DNA from: Azolla caroliniana
Lineage: Eukaryota > Plantae > Polypodiophyta
Reading direction: 5' to 3'
Length of the DNA: 64,000 nucleotides
Assembly (NCBI GenBank): GCA_043228905.1
Contig: JBHGNT010000012.1
Span: 20,708,001 to 20,772,000, forward strand
Numbering within the stretch: position 1 is the first letter of the stretch; each line of letters starts with the position of its first letter. Made by a program: the position numbers and the translations under genes. Of the stretch, positions 52,600 through 64,000 are shown one piece after another. The notes beneath the pieces were generated by a model that did not search any database, was not told the origin of the DNA, and was given only the letters and a program-made list of their open reading frames with translations.

Positions 52600-55500
52600 A
52601 TAATTCATAACATGTCACATTCCCTTAGTTTATAAAAATAGGGCATATGCTCAATGATATCATGGAAGACATGTCAAACCTAAAAGGTTTGTGTAAGGAA
52701 AAATCTAAATATGTGATAAGGAACCAAAGTTTGCAAAGTTTGAAATTTGAACTGTTCAAAGTGTCCATAGAAGTCAATATCTAACCCGTGCGAAAAACGG
52801 GGCAACTGGCTCGATATCATATGGTAAAAAAGGCAACATATGGACAATTGCAATAAAATCACTCTATGGATACATGTCTAGGCAATGGAAGAAGGGTTTC
52901 ATTTTCTTGTCCATACCTCCCCAAGCACCGAAAGCAACTTTGCTTGATTGTCACAAAGAAGATTTGGGGTAGACACCACCAAGAAAATAGGTGATCTTAA
53001 AAGACGCAATACATTTGTCCATGCCTTTTAACTTGTTTTTCTACCAAATTAATGACTTTGGCATCTATGACTACATCCATTATGGTCTTTATGTAACTTT
53101 TGTGAGACAAAAAAAAGTCTTATGGGGCTCCAATTGTCACAAACCACACAATTTCTAGAACCTAAGAACACGTTGTGGAAAACTATATAAAGTTTTCACA
53201 TATTATTGAAACCAATGGAGGACTCCAAAAGGCTCTGAAAAGTTATGGAACACTATAGAAAGTTGTAGAAGGTTCTGGTGAGTCCAAGGATTACTAATGA
53301 GTTTCTATCCAAGGCTAATGGGGCCGATTGTCCCCTTTCCTTGAACCCACCCCTAGGTGCATGATCTTGCCTTAGGTTTGCATCAAGGTCCCCTTCAAAA
53401 AAAACATCTTGAAAAGGCATTGTCTCATTGCATAAAGAAGCAAGCACTTGCATTCCATAGTGTATTTTAGCCAAGGAATTAAATCACTTTACAAATCGAG
53501 ATAAGGGTGTGCATATTCAAGATATCCAAAACATCATGCATGCCTAACATACAAGTGTTCAAGTATCAACAAAAGAAGCCCTCAATATGTGAACATTGTT
53601 TAACAATATTATACATGATATTCAGATGTTTTCTCGGTAAATTCTATAAGAAAATGGAATGTAAGGTATAAGCAAAGTTTGGCCAATTCACAGATTTCCA
53701 ATACTTCATTAGTTTTAACCTTTTCAATTCCCAATCCACTAGCAGATATCCAATATAAAAACAATTTGGTTAGGAAGGACAGTTTGCCCAAGTCTATGAA
53801 GACAATGCCATCACTTAATGTTTAAGTGAGAGCCATTTTGATTTACTCAAATGTACCTTCAATCCCATATGTAAAGCACCGCAAGTTGCAACCACCTTAT
53901 TTTTTCATGTCACAATAGAGTATTCTATGTTTGGTTGACCCAAAGAAAGTAATCTTCAAAAGGTGGTTATGAACTAAATCGAAGTAAATGCAATATTGTT
54001 TGTTGGATTTTGGACGTAAGGAGACAATGTATTTTTTTTTGTTTCCATGATTTTCATTCCGAAGATTGATGAATGGGAATGACTAATAATATTGGGAACG
54101 ACACCATGTTGTCCTTGTTGAGAAAATACAACAAAAACCATGATTCCCTCATATCTATCACCCCTTGATTCTCGCCCAAGTCTTGTCCTCGCTTCCCAAT
54201 GTCTCATTGAATTATAATTCTAGCTCAATAGTCTAGGATCTCTTTTATCTCATAACGGGTAATTGTATTAATTACTGTGTTGTACAAAAGTCACAAAACA
54301 ACCACATTTCTATCATAGAAACTGAAGAGACAAGAACATACCAAGAAGCCAAATCATCCTTGGTAACACGACCCACATTGGCGATGATGCCAAACTGGTC
54401 TCTCTCAAAGTATTTTATTATAATATTATCCGCTAATATATGGAACATAATGCCCTTATAAATGTAAGGGCCACAACGTGAGGTGTGGACTCTTCAAGCA
54501 CAAAACGTTAACTGACATAGTAACACCTTGGAATAGAATAAAGAATTTATAAGAAAGCTCATCAAATTTCCAAAACGCCTTTTTTCTTATCACAATTATA
54601 TAAGTTTATTTGTTATCTACTAAATTAGGGTTGATTTGTACATTGCACCTAGGGATTTGATCCTTTGTAAATGTTTATCATACACTTGTACTTAATATCC
54701 ATAAACATTTCAAATTTGATCGATTGAAACTGATTGACAATCTTATCTAACAAGCAAGATCTAGATTGACTATAAACAACAAGATTGAAAAATGAGTTAA
54801 AGTTTGATCATACTTCATGATTATAAGTGTATTTTCATGACGATTCATTCACATGCTTTGTTAGGATAAAATCTAACCTCTTACGATTGGGTATCCATAC
54901 TTGTGAAACATCATGTCTACATTAGTTGAAAACTTCATGATTGTACTCCTTGCAAGTTTATGAATTTATTATTTAGCTTGAGGTAAACTCACATGTCACA
55001 CCATATCATTGTTGAGTGATAAGAGATGGTTTAGGTCTTCATGCATCCAAGAAAAGTTATTAAAGTACATAATTCGACGCAAGGTACCTTCTAATGAACA
55101 ATGTTAATAAATGTGCAATCTTTAATCTTGCTAGTTCGTTCCAAGGTGGGCATTTGAGGTATTATACTATGCCTTATACCAACAACATACCACATGTATA
55201 TTAGTTTGGATAAATACAAGTTATTGTTTTGTCCTTTAAAGTGATCATCGTCAATACTACACAAACCCCAATGTCAAATTCAAGCATCCCCATAGTCAAG
55301 GACCTCAAGACTTAGACCTAGTGTATGATGAGTGTACATTCTAAATTGACAAAGTATGCCACAGCTTGTGACTCTCACTCAAACTAGAATACACTTACTA
55401 TCTTGACACTATTTTATATTTAGAAGAAGAGTACCCTTTTATACATGGCAATCCTAGCACCAATGTTTTTGATATAGGACTTCTATATCAAGGGTAGATT
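52600..55500 (-). mobile_element. Highly decayed Ty3/gypsy pol remnant
   Basis: Fragmentary RT-like KLSFLTK..ISASGL...KV (53609-53791) and integrase-like LLPLP..SI.DFI (about 52850-52900), in Gypsy order on the minus strand. Boundaries are uncertain. Confidence 0.4.
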
Positions 55501-55823
55501 TCTATATCAAAACTAAATTTCCAAGTATTGTTCTCAACTTTGGACTTCATAAATTCCAAATAATTTCTTCATAGCTTTATGTATCGTAACATGTGATACA
55601 ATTGTAGATGACGTTGTCGTTGCTCTATAAAGTGGTTCTTGTGACATCTAATAGATATAGAGTTCATACATTGAATTATGAATACATGTTCTTGAGATAA
55701 AAAAATGAAAGAAATTCAAATCCATACATCATGTGTTGCTTTCCTCAACACAACCTTCCACAAAGTTAGGTTTCATCACAAAACTATAAACATAAAATTT
55801 AATGAATGCACAACAATCTTATT

Positions 55824-56034
55824 GATTATTATCGTTAGATTTTAATGTAGAATACACCTTCTCAAATCTTACCTAAAGATAGTTTGCTTGTCAATGCCTT
55901 TGCCTAGTTGTGACCTTCAAGATTTTAATGAAGAATACACCTTCTCAAATCTTACCTAAAGATAGTTTGCTTATCAATGCCTTTGCCTAGTTGTGATTAT
56001 TATCGTTAGATTTTAATGTAAACCCTAAACCCTA
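55824..56034. repeat. Tandem duplication of about 83-88 bp (two copies plus a partial) ending in telomere repeats
   Basis: AGATTTTAATG.AGAATACACCTTCTC...CCTAGTTGTGA occurs twice; a partial third copy is joined to AACCCTAAACCCTA. Confidence 0.8.
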
Positions 56035-56211
56035 CACAGATACTTCCTCCACTCAATAGTCATAAAATTAAGTGAACAAGTTTGATGCTCCGGATGGGCT
56101 CAACCCCCTCCAATTGATCGTATTTGTAAAACGCATGTTCGAAGTCATGACTAATTTTTTATTGTTAATTATCTTACCACAATGGTACGATGTTGCACTA
56201 GTTACACTATG

Positions 56212-56340
56212 TCTTGTGTTCGAAAGCCAATTTTCTCACCCCTCTATTACTCCATAGATATTCTTTTAATTTATTAGATGCCACTATGGAATGTCGGGGT
56301 TGAACCCATGACCTCCTGGTCTCGATTGGTCTCTCTCTCT
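56212..56340. mobile_element. Truncated copy of a tRNA-derived repeat (same family as 57826-58015)
   Basis: Shares GTTCGAAA.CCAATTT.CTCACC.CTCTATTA...TAGATGCCACTATGGAATGT.GGGGTTGAA.CCCATGACC.CCTGGTCTC with the second copy. Confidence 0.65.
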
Positions 56341-56779
56341 CCCCTAAATGTATGTTTGTTATTAAAATAAGATAAAAATACAACCCTTGCTATCTCCACT
56401 ACTTCATTAGTGGCAATATGGCAAGGTAAACCCTCTCAAGGGGTTGTAATACTATATGACATAAATTTACTTCATCTTGGGACAACGTCCCCATACAACA
56501 TAGTCACGAAAATCGTCAAATCAACTTCCCTTTCATCCTACGGATTTGTTGTGGTACCCCATGAAGTTGATTAAACAAGGACCCATTTCTAATGGTCCAG
56601 TTAAACCACATCCCCCAATACCTAAGGTAGTCAAAGACTACCTGATATAATGCAACATCAATAAAAACCCACTTAAAAGGCGACAAAAAATTTCTTGTTA
56701 TTGTTGCCCAAATTTATGATATAATCACCCAAACGGCTTTAGCAACCGGGCATGTAACGAACCTATGTCTACCATCTTC

Positions 56780-56781
<2 letters not shown>

Positions 56782-56840
<59 letters not shown>

Positions 56841-57032
56841 ATTCCACGAAACAAAAGAAAGACAATCCTTTAAACACACACACACACACACATATATTAT
56901 ACATACATACATACATATATTACATACATACATACATTACATATATATTCTCTCTAATTCTCTCTCTATACACACACACACACACACACACACACATTAT
57001 ACATACATACATACATGCATGCATGCATGCAT
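56782..57032. repeat. Compound microsatellite (CT)n / (CA)n / (TACA)n / (ATGC)n
   Basis: Directly visible in the sequence. Confidence 0.9.
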
Positions 57033-57413
57033 AATAGATAATATAAGACGAGTGACAAGCTATAGTGGGAGACTTTCATAAACTTGACCTTAGTATAAAC
57101 CTAATTAAAGAACATATGCATATAAAGGAACTTAAATTTATTCAAATCCCTCGATTCATTCATGTCCCCATCAAAACTATAATTCGAAGTATTTACAACC
57201 TTATATTTAGTTTTTCGTCAATTTTCACAAGTGCCTAACTAAACTTCCCTAAAAAGGATAATAATGGTATTTTTTGGACATAAATATGATATCGAGTCTA
57301 TCTCCTCCTATCTCTAATTTGTCCTCTAATTGCAACTTGGTACTAAGAATGTTTTTTTCGCCCCATGTGGTGTTCAAATCTCATTAGCAAAGACAATAAG
57401 GTCATGTTATTAG

Positions 57414-57757
57414 AGGCACGACCTCAAGGACCAATTCTAAAGCTAACATTTTAATGATTGAAGCTAATATTTTATAACTGGGAATCCAATTACCCTAAGA
57501 CTTGCGACAAACCCATGACTACCTATTATGTGTAGGAATACATAGTGGTATGTGAGTCAAAGATGTTGGCATATATAACGGGAACTAGCCACCCTCTTCA
57601 TTACGATATTTGAGACTTTGACAAGACTCTACTAATGGGAACACATGTCATAGGTCCTTATGGGTATTGTCTCAAGTCCTAAGATAATTGGTTTCTCACT
57701 AATTTTACCCTAAAACCATTAAAATTAGCATTAGAATTGGTCCCTAAGGTTATGCCC
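57414..57757. mobile_element. Fold-back element / MITE with ~115-bp imperfect terminal inverted repeats
   Basis: Left arm GGCACGACCTCAAGGACCAATTCTAAAGCTAA...CCAATTACCCTAAGACTTGCGACAA matches the reverse complement of 57645-57757 (GGGCATAACCTTAGGGACCAATTCTAATGCTAA...CCAATTATCTTAGGACTTGAGACAA). No clean TSD. Confidence 0.75.
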
Positions 57758-57825
57758 ATAATTGAGCTCTAAAGACAATAATAGAATCTCCCTCCCTCTT
57801 TCTCTCTCTTATCATAATTACCTTA

Positions 57826-58014
57826 CCCTAGTGGTAAGTTGTTTGCACCACAAACACTGCCTTGTGGGTTCGAAACCCAATTTCCTCACCTCTCTATTAT
57901 ATACTTCTTATATATCTCTTAATTCCCTAGATGCCACTATGGAATGTAGGGGTTGAAACCCATGACCACCTGGTCTCCATTGGGCAACTTTACCAACTGA
58001 GCTACATCCATCTC

Positions 58015-58015
<1 letters not shown>
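57826..58015. mobile_element. tRNA-derived SINE-like repeat with two convergent Pol III-like heads
   Basis: Plus strand: A-box-like CCCTAGTGG (57826) and B box GGTTCGAAACCC (57867-57878). Minus strand: A box TAGCTCAGTTGG (58004-57993) and B-box-like GGTTTCAACCC (57960-57950). Flanked by (CT)n. Confidence 0.6.
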
Positions 58016-58063
<48 letters not shown>

Positions 58064-61000
58064 CTATGTTAGCCTTAAGCCCAAGCTATGAATCCATGCA
58101 TATGGGGTCAACAACTAAATGAAACCAATCCATAGATAATCATGTGTATAGGTTATCATACCATGACTCAATTTACAAATGAGAGAATTTAGATGATATT
58201 TAGAGTCTTAGAAACTTAGCAGCATTTAGAGAACGAAGTTATCATATTCATTACAATGTGAAAACGTGTGAAGATATCATTTTGGTTGGTTATCATATCC
58301 ATTACAATGTGAAAATGTGTGAAAACCATTGGCATTTAAAAGGACTTGGCCTAACATAGATATGACAAAATTAGAGTGTGGTATAACAGCTTGTTTGTCT
58401 ACGTCACTCGCATTTTAATGCTACTAATTTTGACCATTTTCTCTTTCAATAGTAGATCTTTTGTCATGTAACTTGTAATTGCTTCACTAATTTTGACGAT
58501 TTTTCCTTCAATAGAGAATCTTTGGTCATGTAACTTGTAAATGCTTTCATAGAAAAAAAAAAGAGGGCAGATCCAAAATGCTTGACTCAGTTTGATGAGG
58601 CTCGTGCTATCTAAGGAGGAGATGTATTGAGAAAGGGTAATCTCATAAAGGACATCCCATGATTACTTTCATAACAAAACATTTGTTAAGGTGATAGCAA
58701 CATATGAAGTGTATGTATATGCATATGTCTATATACATATCACCAATTATGTAATCTAAAAGCCTAGCCATCCATGACATTCTACTTTTTCACTAATGGC
58801 TATTGGTGAGTGGACCATAATTTTGTTTCTGCTCTTATTTTTCAAAGCTTCTAAGAATGTTTGCTTTTGATATTGGACCAGGAGAAAATAAAAACAAAAA
58901 AGAAGCAATCGTGACATAATATTCACGAGAAGTTTGTTAAAAATGATGTGACAGTATTTCATTGTGTACATCCTATCTGAAAACCATTTTTACAAACTTC
59001 TACCATTTGTACGCTCATTTATGCATAAACGAATAAAACAAATTCGGGGCTTTGTTCCACTTTTCATCTATAATCTGAAACGAATTTGGAAATTCATATG
59101 ATAATAGTTTGCTAGACCCTTTTGGCATTATTTGCTGTTATGTTATGGAAATAGAACATTTTTTGTGAAATTCTCTATTATTCACACTCAATATGTCACA
59201 TGCACAGATAAACAAATATATCTTCATAAAAAGCAAAAGTGGTTTAGTTTGGAAAGGAAAGGATTGATCATGGAGATCCTTATTGTATTTATTTTCATAT
59301 TATCACAAAACTTGGGAGACATGTGTTAAAGGTACACGACTGTTGCGAAAAGAATGCAAATATATCATAACATTCTTTTACATGAAGTTGTTGCATTCAT
59401 GCTTGTGTTAATTGGAGTGAAAAACAACAATGATTCTAATGCTCAACGCAAATCATAACTTTAATGACTTTCAAATTAGATTAGGTTTAACTTATCAATA
59501 TCGAATGATATTATGGGGAGAATAAATATGGAAATTAGGTGTGGTTCTTATTGTTAGTTAGTTGCACTAAATAGCTTGAATTATAATAACAAGATCGTTA
59601 GCCGAAAAATGTGGATCGCGAGAGTGTTGCCAAAATTCCATTGTTTTAAGTGTATTTGCTAGAACTTCACATGATGGTTCATATTCGCCAGTATGTTGCA
59701 CTCTTTTTATTAATCATTTTGGACAATGACGATGCTAGATAATTCAACAGCTATGTGCCACTAATGAATCCATCAACACAAAGAATTAGTTAATGAGCGG
59801 CATATTGCCAGGTCAACGTTGATTAATTGATGATGCATTGGCGCCCAGAACTTGCTTAATGGGCAATCATTACTGAAGCAACAATTACAACTTGATCATG
59901 ATGTAAATCCATTTTTTTTATTAATTAAGCTAAAACATGTGGTGTTTTGGCAAGCACAAAAATAAAGTTACGACTTTTGGGCAAGTACACTTAAAAAGAG
60001 TGGGCATTTTGAGAATGTACCTTAATCTCCATATGGCACATTTTACAATACAAACCCATCATTCTCCTCATTTTATTCTTTTTGTTTTTTACTTTTTGTT
60101 TTCTTTGGCATGAACAAGAAGATCATGTTGGAAGATGACGAGTAATATAAATCAAAGCAAGGATTGGCAAAGTGCTACGCCTACACACTTTTTAAATAGG
60201 AAAAGTGTACAGTGGGCTACGAGTTAATGGCTCGGTAGGATTCCGATTCCAATCACAACAAAAAAGAGGTTTGAATTACATCTAAAGGTAGTAAGCAATA
60301 GTTTGTTGAGGTAGGAGCAACAACCTCTTCCTCATTAGCAAGCATGTCTAGCAGAGCATCTTCACTTTTTCATGGGTGTATGCTATACGAACAACAGACT
60401 TTCAAGAAGCCAAAAAGCATGCATCGATAAAATGTTGTGTCAAAATCTACTTATGGAATCGACGAGGTGCAATTAAACAATTTCTATTAAACCTAAAAGA
60501 GAACCCATGTATTTGTTAAATTGAATAAGGATTGATTGATTTTTTCGACATAGTTATGATATGCAAGAGTGTACTTCTAGTTCCAAGAGTTTAACTAATC
60601 TTTAGGATTTTCGGTTGACATATTAAGGATAGGTTTCTAGTTCGCAACAATTCTCTCATAGACTTTATGACTGACTACTTTTCCATGTATGTATGTAAAT
60701 GGTACGAGTTTCTTATCAAAACATATGATTTGTTGTTAGACGAGATAAGTCTTTGAGTAAAATAAGTTACAATCAATGAATACATGACTCGAAAAGAAAT
60801 TGCCTTTTCATATTATTATCTTTGATTTGACCCAATTAACAAAGGCAAAAAACCCCATAAATTCGTGATAGATATGTGTACTCATTCGAATGGGCATCGT
60901 GGGTAGAGAGAGTGCTTGTTGCCCAAGACAATGTACAACAATACTTAGCCATAATTGTTAGGAGTAAAGGGTGAAAGTTAAAGAGGGAATTGTTGGTATA

Positions 61001-61943
61001 AAAGACACAAACTTGTGAATAAGATAAAGGGCACAATTTCTCATGTGTTTTTATTATTGTCTATTCACTATTGCATACTTACATTGACACACAACCCTTT
61101 TTTAATTTTTCTTGGTACTTCACTAGCACGTCACGTAAGTCAAGATCAATGTCCTCCATAGTCTGTCCGTATGTGATCCACATGATTGTCATGATTATCG
61201 ATGGAATATACTTGTTTCTAGGATACATAGTGCTTGTCAATGTGTTGAGAAACAAGTGTGCGTTTAAATGAAAAAAGGAAAAAAGAAAGAAAAAGCTAGT
61301 ACAAATCTAACATCAAAAGGTCCATATGATAAGAACACCTATGGGCGCATTCGCACATAGAGACACATTTACTGGCCCTCGGGAGTGTTAGTGGCATTCG
61401 GACGTAATTGATGAGCACACGCGCATGCAATCACTTGCAGAGTCGAAGCACATGCAATTATGTCATTTTCTTGTCCCCTTCTTATACATGTATAAGTCGT
61501 CATTACCTCTCACAATGTAAGAGGACGCATGTTAGAGGCCTTGAAGAATTGACTCAAGCACTAGAGGACGGTGTGCAACGTTTGAAGAGTCTTGAATAGA
61601 GTTAGAAGACACAATGTGTTTCATTTTAAAGCCACTTTATAGCTTGGGAGAAGCCAAAAAAAATGAGTGGTGCTCGTGGGAAGGCCTAACTAGATTTGCT
61701 AGTGTTGCCCCATCAAAAGCGATGGTATCGTTGTCAACCCAGAATTACTGGTTTGCATGATTATAGATCAAATCAAAAGTACAAACAATCAGCCTTTTGC
61801 AATCAACATAGTTGTACTATACCTATCCCTAATTACGCAAACAAACAATGTGTAAAAGCTATAGAGTAAATGCCTCATCGTTAAAGCGTCGGACTTCTAC
61901 ATTTATATATTGAACTCAAAGCATATGTATGCATGTACATGTG

Positions 61944-61976
<33 letters not shown>

Positions 61977-62499
61977 GCCAAGTGTGTGCATATGCAATGC
62001 ATTTATGTGTGTGTGTGTATGGTGTACAGAAGCATTAAATATGCTTTCACATTATGCTAAGTAGGATGAAATGTTTTTTTTTTAAGAATGTAGGCATGAC
62101 AACCATTTGTCTAGCACCTTACAAAAACATTGAACACCATGTTAGGGTACTAGGTCCAATCAAGTCTCCATCTATAGGTGATCTCTAGTATGTTTTGGTA
62201 GTACTTATGATCGAATGCGACAACAAGAAAAGGAAAAAAACTATACATATGTTTGATGCTTTCGTGTAGAATACATCTTCAATGAAAGCCGCATGTTCCC
62301 AAGACACTGACAGTTAAAGCACTATGTGAGAGCATTCCCTAAATGTATGTACATTATACTAATCACGTCTCACAAAATGAAGATAATTCACAAGATTGCA
62401 TAAGGAATTCCTACTATCCAAAGTGATTAACATGATGGTGTCGCGTTAGAGCTTGTGTTGGAATGCGTGGTGGGATGGGTCATGAGCAATGGGTTCAAT

Positions 62500-63500
62500 G
62501 TTGAGTTTATGGCAAAAATTTGCTACTTAATTTTTGTTTGAGATCACAACACCATTAATTTTGCAGTTAGAAGAACCACTTTGACTTTACACATCCATAT
62601 TGGGTTTAGTGTTGTGAGCATTACAAGCACTCTTCATAGTTTTAGTTTGAGATAAAGCACACACTTGGGATATTGACATTTGTTTTTTCCATGAGACAAG
62701 GAGCGAAAAATGGCTTTACGTGATGATTGAGATTTGTTTTACAAAATTGTAAAATGGTTGGGCCCTTTAAAAGGACACGCTAATAAATATAAAACGAAGA
62801 CAAAAAATGCATTAGGTTAATCATGAAGATGTATGATCAAGAAAGAACTGTAGCATAGTCATTGCTAAACGTACATATAGATAGCACAAATGTCCCATAG
62901 ACACTCAAAGTAAAGACTACGAATAAGGTGGCACGCCCTTTACCGTGAGATCGTTCACTCTGTTATCGAGTTTCTTTTCCCCATTTTGGGATTTGATTAA
63001 GAACTGTACAAAGTCATTGATGAAGGCTTAATGTAAGAAAGTGACTAACATGGGATACAAGGAAACAATATCAATATATAAGATACAAATCAGGGTTGTT
63101 TTCTTGTCAAGGAATATCATATCGTCATTGTTATGGAGCAAGCTTGACTTTAACTTTGAGAAAAGAAAAGAATTGTAAATTAACAAAGTGAAGTTTATTA
63201 TATGGCAATCAAAAGTACCCAACCTAGGGCGTGAGACAATCACAATGTATGAAATGAGTGATGGAAATATGAAGGTAACCAAACTAGGGTACAAGGGTTT
63301 AGGAAATTTACTCATGTTAAAAAGATCATATTTTACCCCCCCCCCCCCCCCAAGTTTTACATTGCAAGAGGGACAATATCCCAAAGGATCAATGAAATGT
63401 ACTAACTCATTAATTATTGGGAATTCAAATACACAGTGGGGTTCGATCCTCTTCTGGCAAAAACATCATATTTTCTTTACAGTTAGCCAGCAATAGTACT
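62500..63500 (-). mobile_element. Decayed Ty1/copia RT/RNase H remnant
   Basis: Minus-strand fragments SLV..........SRP (63028-63384 ORF) and LVSWKKQ.SIS (about 62670-62700). Weak evidence. Confidence 0.35.
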
Positions 63501-64000
63501 ACATCGCCACCAAGTCAACCACCCCCCCAAGAGAGAGAAGCAACATATCAACTATTAAAGGGTGGTATTTAAATGCGTGACATCAAAGAAACAAACAACC
63601 TCGTCGATGTTTAAAGCGATCGAACTACGATATCGAAATCTCAATCAGTTGCAGAGAGATAAGACAAAGAAGAAGAAGAAATGTGAAAAACACCGACAAA
63701 GCATGCATTCATTTGTATTTGGAGAGAAAACAATGCACCATTTTAAGAGAGAGTGTGATCTTAAAACTTTGTCGGGGATGGTCGAAGAAGCATCAACACC
63801 AAAGCTCGACCTCTGCACCCAACAAATATCACGACAAAGGGTCAAGAGGGAGGGATACATGGGAAGGTGTTCCAACGTACAAGAGAGAGAGAGAGAGAGA
63901 TTTGGATACATGATTGCCTAGACCATACACAATGGCCTTAAACAAAGTGTGCAAAGTCCACCCGCAGGAGCTTGAGTGTGTGTAGTTGTTTTCAGTGAGT

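Noticed and set aside
59326-60025. Possible DNA transposon with AAGGTACA termini and a Ulp1-like remnant
   Set aside because: Only an 8-bp inverted match, and the protease motifs are too decayed to support a call.

Overview
AT-rich, repeat-dense land-plant nuclear DNA with spliceosomal introns, plant LTR/LINE families and telo-boxes. A non-seed plant such as a fern is my inference from element style only. There are two host genes: an intronless 805-aa DUF688-like, low-complexity, His/Gly-rich gene (12793-15210, -) and a 15-exon FAN1 gene (38380-46569, +; UBZ-HIRAN-SAP-TPR-VRR_NUC, 1059 aa, all splice phases consistent). The rest is mostly transposons: a decayed L1-type LINE (1-~9690, -) interrupted by a young Ty1/copia (4371-9529, TSD AGGGA), two 5'-truncated L1 3' ends, a 1.39-kb integrase-only Gypsy with a tRNA-Ala PBS, an RT-deleted Copia nested in an older Copia, three AACCG-rich hAT MITEs, a fold-back element, tRNA-derived repeats and old remnants. 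The most notable observation is that the LINE is tricistronic. An intact 214-aa ORF with no domain I recognise sits between ORF1 and ORF2, joined to both by stop/start overlaps (TAATG and ATGA), which suggests double translational coupling.
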